This document shows positions 59,280 through 64,000 of a stretch of DNA of 64,000 bases, piece after piece. The stretch covers positions 8,460 through 72,459 of the forward strand of contig JAHFKN010000002.1 of assembly GCA_023245355.1 (NCBI GenBank). The letters run 5' to 3'. Each line of letters opens with the position of its first letter. Position 1 is the stretch's first letter. The notes below the pieces were generated by a model, which was not told the origin of the DNA, searched no databases, and saw nothing but the letters and a program-made list of their open reading frames with translations. The stretch comes from Candidatus Gottesmanbacteria bacterium. GTDB taxonomy: Bacteria; Patescibacteriota; Microgenomatia; UBA10105; UBA927. The position numbers were made by a program, and so were the translations under genes.

Positions 59280-60053
59280 ATTCCCAAATGCGCAGGATTT
59301 TCCATGTCATCCCATATGCTTACGTTTTTTCATGCCGACAAATACTGCGGCCTCTACACGTCTATGGGTCCGCTTCTAGAGAACAGATCCATGATAGAGG
59401 CATATCTGACACACCTCCCGGGCAAAAAACTCAATTCACTCCGCGTTATAGCCGGGCACGGCGCATATTACGGTATTCATACCTATCTGCAAAGACCGGT
59501 GCGGTACGTGGTATTTTTGCGTCATCCGTTTCACCGGTCGCGTTCGCACTATGCGCATATGGCACAAAATACGCATGCCGGCCTGCCGGCGGACATCCCG
59601 GTACTGGATAAGGGCGGGGTACAAATTCCGTTTGCGGAATGGATGAGACTTCGAAGCATCACTCATGATTTTATGACACGGTTTTTGTATGAAAAATTCT
59701 TTCCGTCTGCAATACGCGGAGAAGTGACCGACCAGCATCTTACAAACGTGCTGGGAGTATTGAATACGTTTTATTTTGTGGGGCTGACAGAGCACCAGAC
59801 GCATCATCGGTTTTTATATGATTGCTTGGGGCTGCCGGTATATGCGCCGCGCGAAAATGTCACGGATACACGCTTTGTACCTCCCGCCGTACCGGACAGC
59901 TCCATCAGCCGGTATCTTCTGCAGGACAGCCGATTATATAATTATGCCCGGGCAATGCCGCGCCCTGCATTATCACGGGTGAAGCGGGCAGACCTATTGA
60001 TGAAATACATAAGAGACCGCGCGCGGTTTAGCATCCGGGGCAACAGGATATGA
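59241..60053 (+). CDS. Sulfotransferase-family protein (PAPS-dependent)
   Basis: 5'-PSB motif ILLHIPKCAGFS and 3'-PB motif FLRHPFHRSRSHY. Confidence 0.7.
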   Translation: MNTSQDPVYILLHIPKCAGFSMSSHMLTFFHADKYCGLYTSMGPLLENRSMIEAYLTHLPGKKLNSLRVIAGHGAYYGIHTYLQRPVRYVVFLRHPFHRSRSHYAHMAQNTHAGLPADIPVLDKGGVQIPFAEWMRLRSITHDFMTRFLYEKFFPSAIRGEVTDQHLTNVLGVLNTFYFVGLTEHQTHHRFLYDCLGLPVYAPRENVTDTRFVPPAVPDSSISRYLLQDSRLYNYARAMPRPALSRVKRADLLMKYIRDRARFSIRGNRI

Positions 60054-60967
60054 AACCTACTCATACCGGTTTTTATAAACATCTTGTCCGTCAGCACGAA
60101 GACATTTCTCTTATACGGAGCACGGAAACAATGATCCGGTCACTCCGGAAGGACGTATTCCGCCTGCCTGACGCGGGAGGGTCTGCAGTACTCCTCCTGT
60201 CCGGCGGCCTGGATTCCGTGATTGCGTGGGAAATGCTGCTGGGGCAGTATCGCCTTCACGTATATCCGCTGGTAGTGTCACACGGTTTGTTGGATCCTCA
60301 AGACGAAGTAGTCCGGAAATTCCGTACGGTATTCCGGAAAAAATATGCTGACAGGTACCACGAACCGTATATCGTCCGCGCCCCGGCTTCACACGGAAAC
60401 TTTCATACAAAAATTCTCAACGACGCGCCTCCTGACATGCTTCTTAAATATTTTGACCCGGCCAATCAGACGGTAAAAGTTCCGTTTTGGGGAGCGAATG
60501 TGTTTACGGCATATCGGGGATATATGTATCTTCAATATCTGACGTTTACGCTGCCATCCCCGGTAACAACCATCATATACGGCGCGACGGCAGATGACGG
60601 ATTGTTTATACCCAGCCAGACGTACGCATTCATGCGGCTTACCATGCTCATGCTGATGAAATTTTCCGGCAATCCCGCTCTGCAATTCGGATCTGTTTTT
60701 TATGAGGAATCTTTACGTAATTTCATGACCAAGGCGGACGTGCTTTTATACGGACACCGTGCCGCGTTACCGCTTTTTAAAACATACAGCTGCGACAGGC
60801 GGGGGATATTCCATTGCGGCACGTGCCTGTCCTGCAGGAGCAGGCAATACTGTTTTGACCGGGCAGGGGTTACCGATCAAACCCTGTATACGGACGGCGA
60901 GTCACTTAAGAAACGGCTGAAACAAGTATGGCAACAAACGATAAAAATCATAAAACCCGAACTATGA
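60050..60967 (+). CDS. QueC/ExsB-family PP-loop ATPase (sugar amidotransferase WbpG/PseA-like)
   Basis: LLLSGGLDSVIA PP-loop. C-terminal Zn motif YSCDRRGIFHCGTCLSCRSRQYCF. Confidence 0.7.
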   Translation: MKPTHTGFYKHLVRQHEDISLIRSTETMIRSLRKDVFRLPDAGGSAVLLLSGGLDSVIAWEMLLGQYRLHVYPLVVSHGLLDPQDEVVRKFRTVFRKKYADRYHEPYIVRAPASHGNFHTKILNDAPPDMLLKYFDPANQTVKVPFWGANVFTAYRGYMYLQYLTFTLPSPVTTIIYGATADDGLFIPSQTYAFMRLTMLMLMKFSGNPALQFGSVFYEESLRNFMTKADVLLYGHRAALPLFKTYSCDRRGIFHCGTCLSCRSRQYCFDRAGVTDQTLYTDGESLKKRLKQVWQQTIKIIKPEL

Positions 60968-61710
60968 GCATACTCAAATCCCTACTCCGCAAACCGTACT
61001 GGTTTATTCATGACGCTGCCGGCGCACTCCGGGAGTGGTTCCTCGACTTTATTCCCGTATATCCGACGTATCATCAGTCGCTGCTCAAACGGGCTCTCAG
61101 CCGTACCCTTATACAACAATACAGCGCAGACGAAGGACAGAACGTAAATTTCACCCAGTATTTTCTGGGGTTCGGACTCATACATTATGCAATCATCCGT
61201 AATTACAAACCGGACAACATGTTGTGTATCGGCTCACGAAAGGGTTTCGTTCCGGCCGTCCTTGCTCTTGCATGCCGCGACAACGGGAAGGGTCATGTCG
61301 ATTTTGTGGATGCGGGATATGACGAGGACAAGCCGGATAAACACTGGGGCGGGGTCGGTTTTTGGAAAAAGCATGATCCGCAATCACATTTTGCCAAACT
61401 CGGTGTAGCTGAATTCATTTCGACATATATCATGACAACGGATGCGTTTTCCCGCTCGCACGTTAAAAAACAATACCAATACATATATATCGACGGCGAT
61501 CATTCGTACGCCGGCGTACTACACGACTACACCGTTTTCTGGCCGCGTCTGCAAAAAGGGGGAATGATGGTCTTTCACGATATTGTTGCCCGGGGCTATC
61601 TTGATAAGGGATTATTCGGCGTCCGGAAGTTGTGGAACAAACTAAAAACAAAACACGCAATTCAGTTTCCGTACCCGAAGGAATCCGGATTAGGAATCCT
61701 GCAAAAATAA
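60964..61710 (+). CDS. TylF/CmcI-family class I SAM-dependent O-methyltransferase
   Basis: IYIDGDHSYAGVLHD...GGMMVFHD. Alternative start at 60928. Confidence 0.6.
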   Translation: MSILKSLLRKPYWFIHDAAGALREWFLDFIPVYPTYHQSLLKRALSRTLIQQYSADEGQNVNFTQYFLGFGLIHYAIIRNYKPDNMLCIGSRKGFVPAVLALACRDNGKGHVDFVDAGYDEDKPDKHWGGVGFWKKHDPQSHFAKLGVAEFISTYIMTTDAFSRSHVKKQYQYIYIDGDHSYAGVLHDYTVFWPRLQKGGMMVFHDIVARGYLDKGLFGVRKLWNKLKTKHAIQFPYPKESGLGILQK

Positions 61711-61727
61711 TACCAGAAATATCCTTT

Positions 61728-63050
61728 ATGAAAAACATATTTGTACGCATGCGTAATCTCTGGCGGTATCCCTCATGGCTGTACCGAATGTCAGCGGAAA
61801 AATTTCCTGACGTTTCTTCAGGTAAACTGCGGGTGCTCGCGCGACTTCATGCCGTCAAAAACGAGCTCGGGGAACGCTCAGTAGTAAACAATCTCGGAGC
61901 ACTCTACACCCTGCCGCATCCGCTGGCCGCAAAAACATATGCATCATTTCTGAATCAGAATCCCAACCACCTCGGTCACTGGGCAGACAGACTGCCGCAG
62001 GAAGGCGCGACCATACAACTGGAATATGAAGTAATCCGCGCCATGATTGATCTGTACAGGGCAAATGGGAAAAACCTCACCGGGTATATAACATCTGGCG
62101 CGACCGAGGGAAATATATTCTCTGTCTGGCTCGGTAAAACATATCTGTCTCAATTTTCACCGCCCGAAAAAATCCGTTTATTGATGACAAGCCTGACTCA
62201 TTATTCCGTGAGGAAAGCGGCGGATATCTGCGGCGTGACGTCTGATACCATAGGATTACACACAACGACATGGGCGATGGACCCAGACAGCTTTCTTGAA
62301 ACTGTCCGGCGCCTGCACAAGAAGGGGATTACGGGCATATTATTGCCGCTTACACTCGGATATACATCGACAGGCACGTCCGACGACATCGCCGTCATAT
62401 CGCAGGCAGTAACCCGGCTTCAGAAAGAACTGCCCCGTCTCAGGATATTTGTCTGGATTGATGCGGCCACACAGGGATTAGTCACGCCGTTTCTATCGGA
62501 TTTTCGGCCGTTTCGTTATCCCCATATACAAACGGTCGTAGTGGATTTTCATAAATACGGACTTGTCCCGTATTCAGCGGGGACACTTCTCTACAGACGC
62601 GCCATGCAAACCCTGATTGAACGCCCCATAGAGTACCTGCGCGAAACCGATGCAACACTTTCCGGTTCCCGCCCGGGAGTCACGGCCGCGTCGATTTGGT
62701 CCATGATTCATATCATGGGAAAACAAGGCTACCGGCGCATCATAACGACACAGATGAGCAATAAAAAATATTTTATCCGTGAACTGTTACGTGTGCTGCC
62801 GGAGACAGAGGTTATTACCGGTGCAGACGGCATAAGCTGCGGTATACTATTCCGATCACTTCCCGCCGGAAGACTCCCGAAACACATAGAAGAGAAGTAC
62901 TGGTTTCATGCGGGAACGTCCTCAATCTTTTTTTACCCTGACGGATACAAAAACCTTATACTATACAAGTGTTTTTTCCTCCCTCACATGACAAAAAAAA
63001 TCATTGCCGAATTCATACGGGACCTGGAAAAATCGTCCGGACAACCGTAA
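61728..63050 (+). CDS. Group II PLP-dependent decarboxylase
   Basis: PLP-lysine region VVDFHKYGLVPYSAGTLLYR and the fold-type I body. Start at MKNIFV; the ORF opens at 61632, overlapping the upstream gene. Confidence 0.7.
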   Translation: MKNIFVRMRNLWRYPSWLYRMSAEKFPDVSSGKLRVLARLHAVKNELGERSVVNNLGALYTLPHPLAAKTYASFLNQNPNHLGHWADRLPQEGATIQLEYEVIRAMIDLYRANGKNLTGYITSGATEGNIFSVWLGKTYLSQFSPPEKIRLLMTSLTHYSVRKAADICGVTSDTIGLHTTTWAMDPDSFLETVRRLHKKGITGILLPLTLGYTSTGTSDDIAVISQAVTRLQKELPRLRIFVWIDAATQGLVTPFLSDFRPFRYPHIQTVVVDFHKYGLVPYSAGTLLYRRAMQTLIERPIEYLRETDATLSGSRPGVTAASIWSMIHIMGKQGYRRIITTQMSNKKYFIRELLRVLPETEVITGADGISCGILFRSLPAGRLPKHIEEKYWFHAGTSSIFFYPDGYKNLILYKCFFLPHMTKKIIAEFIRDLEKSSGQP

Positions 63051-63071
63051 CGCCCGGAGGAAACGGCATAT

Positions 63072-63872
63072 ATGCTCATATGCGGCATGTCGTATAATAC
63101 CCCCATGAATCATGAACTCCGCCACTATATTGAATTACTAACCAGCATGACTCACAAGGAACTGACCGCCCGGTATAAGCATACGGTGTTCGGATTTCTC
63201 TGGATCTTTATCAATCCGCTGCTGCAGATGATTGTTATCGGATTTATCTTTCCGTTTTTTATTAAAGAAGCAATTCCGCATTATTATCTGTATCTGTTTA
63301 TAGGACTTCTGACATGGAATTTTTTCTCGTTATCTTTATCCAAGTCGTGTGCTTCAATCGTCAACGAACGGTCACTTATCAAAAAAGCGGCATTTCCCCG
63401 GTCGGTCATTCCGATATCCATAATTTTTTCTAACCTGACTAACTATCTTATCGCGTTTGGCTTGTTTCTCATACCAATTCTTCTGGTAAACACACTTACC
63501 ATATATTCCGTATTTTCATTTTTCGGCGGACTCATCATGCTTGTCACGTTTATTATAGGAATCAGCCTGCTTACAAGTGCCCTGAATGTCCGCTTCCGCG
63601 ATATAAACTTTTTTGTGCAGGCTATGCTTATTATTTGGTTCTATGCAACTCCCATCATCTATTCCCTGTCCCAGATACCCGACCGGCTATCCTGGATATG
63701 GCGGCTTAACCCCCTGACCTCGATCCTGCAGCTGATGCAGCACGCGCTCATCGGATCTGCATTACCGGACATTACCATGCTTACGTCAAACAGCCTTATC
63801 ATTGCAGCCATCACTATTTTCGGCATCCTGATTTTCCGCGAAGAAAGCAAAAATTTTGACGACTGGCTATGA
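63072..63872 (+). CDS. ABC-2 type polysaccharide/teichoic-acid exporter permease (Wzm/TagG-like)
   Basis: ELTARYKHTVFGFLWIFINPLLQM N-terminal signature and six TM helices. Confidence 0.75.
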   Translation: MLICGMSYNTPMNHELRHYIELLTSMTHKELTARYKHTVFGFLWIFINPLLQMIVIGFIFPFFIKEAIPHYYLYLFIGLLTWNFFSLSLSKSCASIVNERSLIKKAAFPRSVIPISIIFSNLTNYLIAFGLFLIPILLVNTLTIYSVFSFFGGLIMLVTFIIGISLLTSALNVRFRDINFFVQAMLIIWFYATPIIYSLSQIPDRLSWIWRLNPLTSILQLMQHALIGSALPDITMLTSNSLIIAAITIFGILIFREESKNFDDWL

Positions 63873-64000
63873 AACAACCCGCTGCAATTGCCATACAACT
63901 TACTGATATCAGGAAAAAATATCAAATTCATCACGAGAAACCAACGCTCGTGGAAAAATTTATCAAAGATCATAACGAAACGTTCTGGGCACTGAAAAAA
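63869..64000 (+). CDS. ABC transporter ATP-binding protein (Wzt/TagH-like), 5' part only
   Basis: Start overlaps the permease stop. Begins QLTDIRKKYQIHHEK, typical of Wzt/TagH N-termini. Runs off the window. Confidence 0.5.
   Translation, partial: MKQPAAIAIQLTDIRKKYQIHHEKPTLVEKFIKDHNETFWALKK

Noticed and set aside
1-64000. CRISPR arrays, rRNA genes and IS elements or transposases
   Set aside because: No regularly spaced direct repeats, no rRNA-like conserved stretches and no transposase-like ORFs were seen. The Gly-codon repetition at 30100-30300 is the coding low-complexity tail of the RRM protein.

Overview
This is a gene-dense bacterial chromosomal window with about 75 protein genes. Most run on the minus strand, and many have overlapping start and stop codons. 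The gene content looks like a small-genome, uncultivated-lineage bacterium, possibly CPR/Patescibacteria-like. That is an inference from the ATP-dependent DNA ligase, TrpB2, an archaeal-type UMP kinase, an EndoQ-like PHP protein, a glycine-rich RRM protein, and EF-P with EpmA. Housekeeping anchors include pth, recF, ftsH, trpS with a C-terminal tRNA-binding domain, trpB2, valS, efp with epmA, rplY, rnhA, murD, and the rpmH-rnpA-yidD-yidC-jag operon. The operon continues into an O-antigen-ligase-like gene, a Wzx-like flippase, rnhA, a DUF4012-like protein and rplY. Two tRNAs with a CAT anticodon, at 27099-27171 and 30679-30750, flank a roughly 3.5 kb segment that is followed by an FtsB-like gene and a Xer-type tyrosine recombinase. 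The accessory content falls in three places. (a) The left end carries a thiol-redox/metal operon: P1B-ATPase, DUF1573, CcdA-like protein, rhodanese-fusion, Crp/Fnr regulator, VKOR. (b) A cluster of surface/secreted proteins sits at 50.1-55.6 kb. (c) The right end, 55.7-64 kb, is a glycan-decoration island. It has a PglC-like initiating transferase, a nucleotidyltransferase fused to APS kinase, a sulfotransferase, GT2, a QueC-like amidotransferase, a TylF-like O-methyltransferase, a PLP decarboxylase and a Wzm/Wzt exporter. Embedded in that island is the unit I consider most novel: a soluble S26-like peptidase, a 29-codon Lys-rich ORF, a PqqD/RRE protein and a GT2. No CRISPR array, rRNA or obvious insertion sequence was seen.
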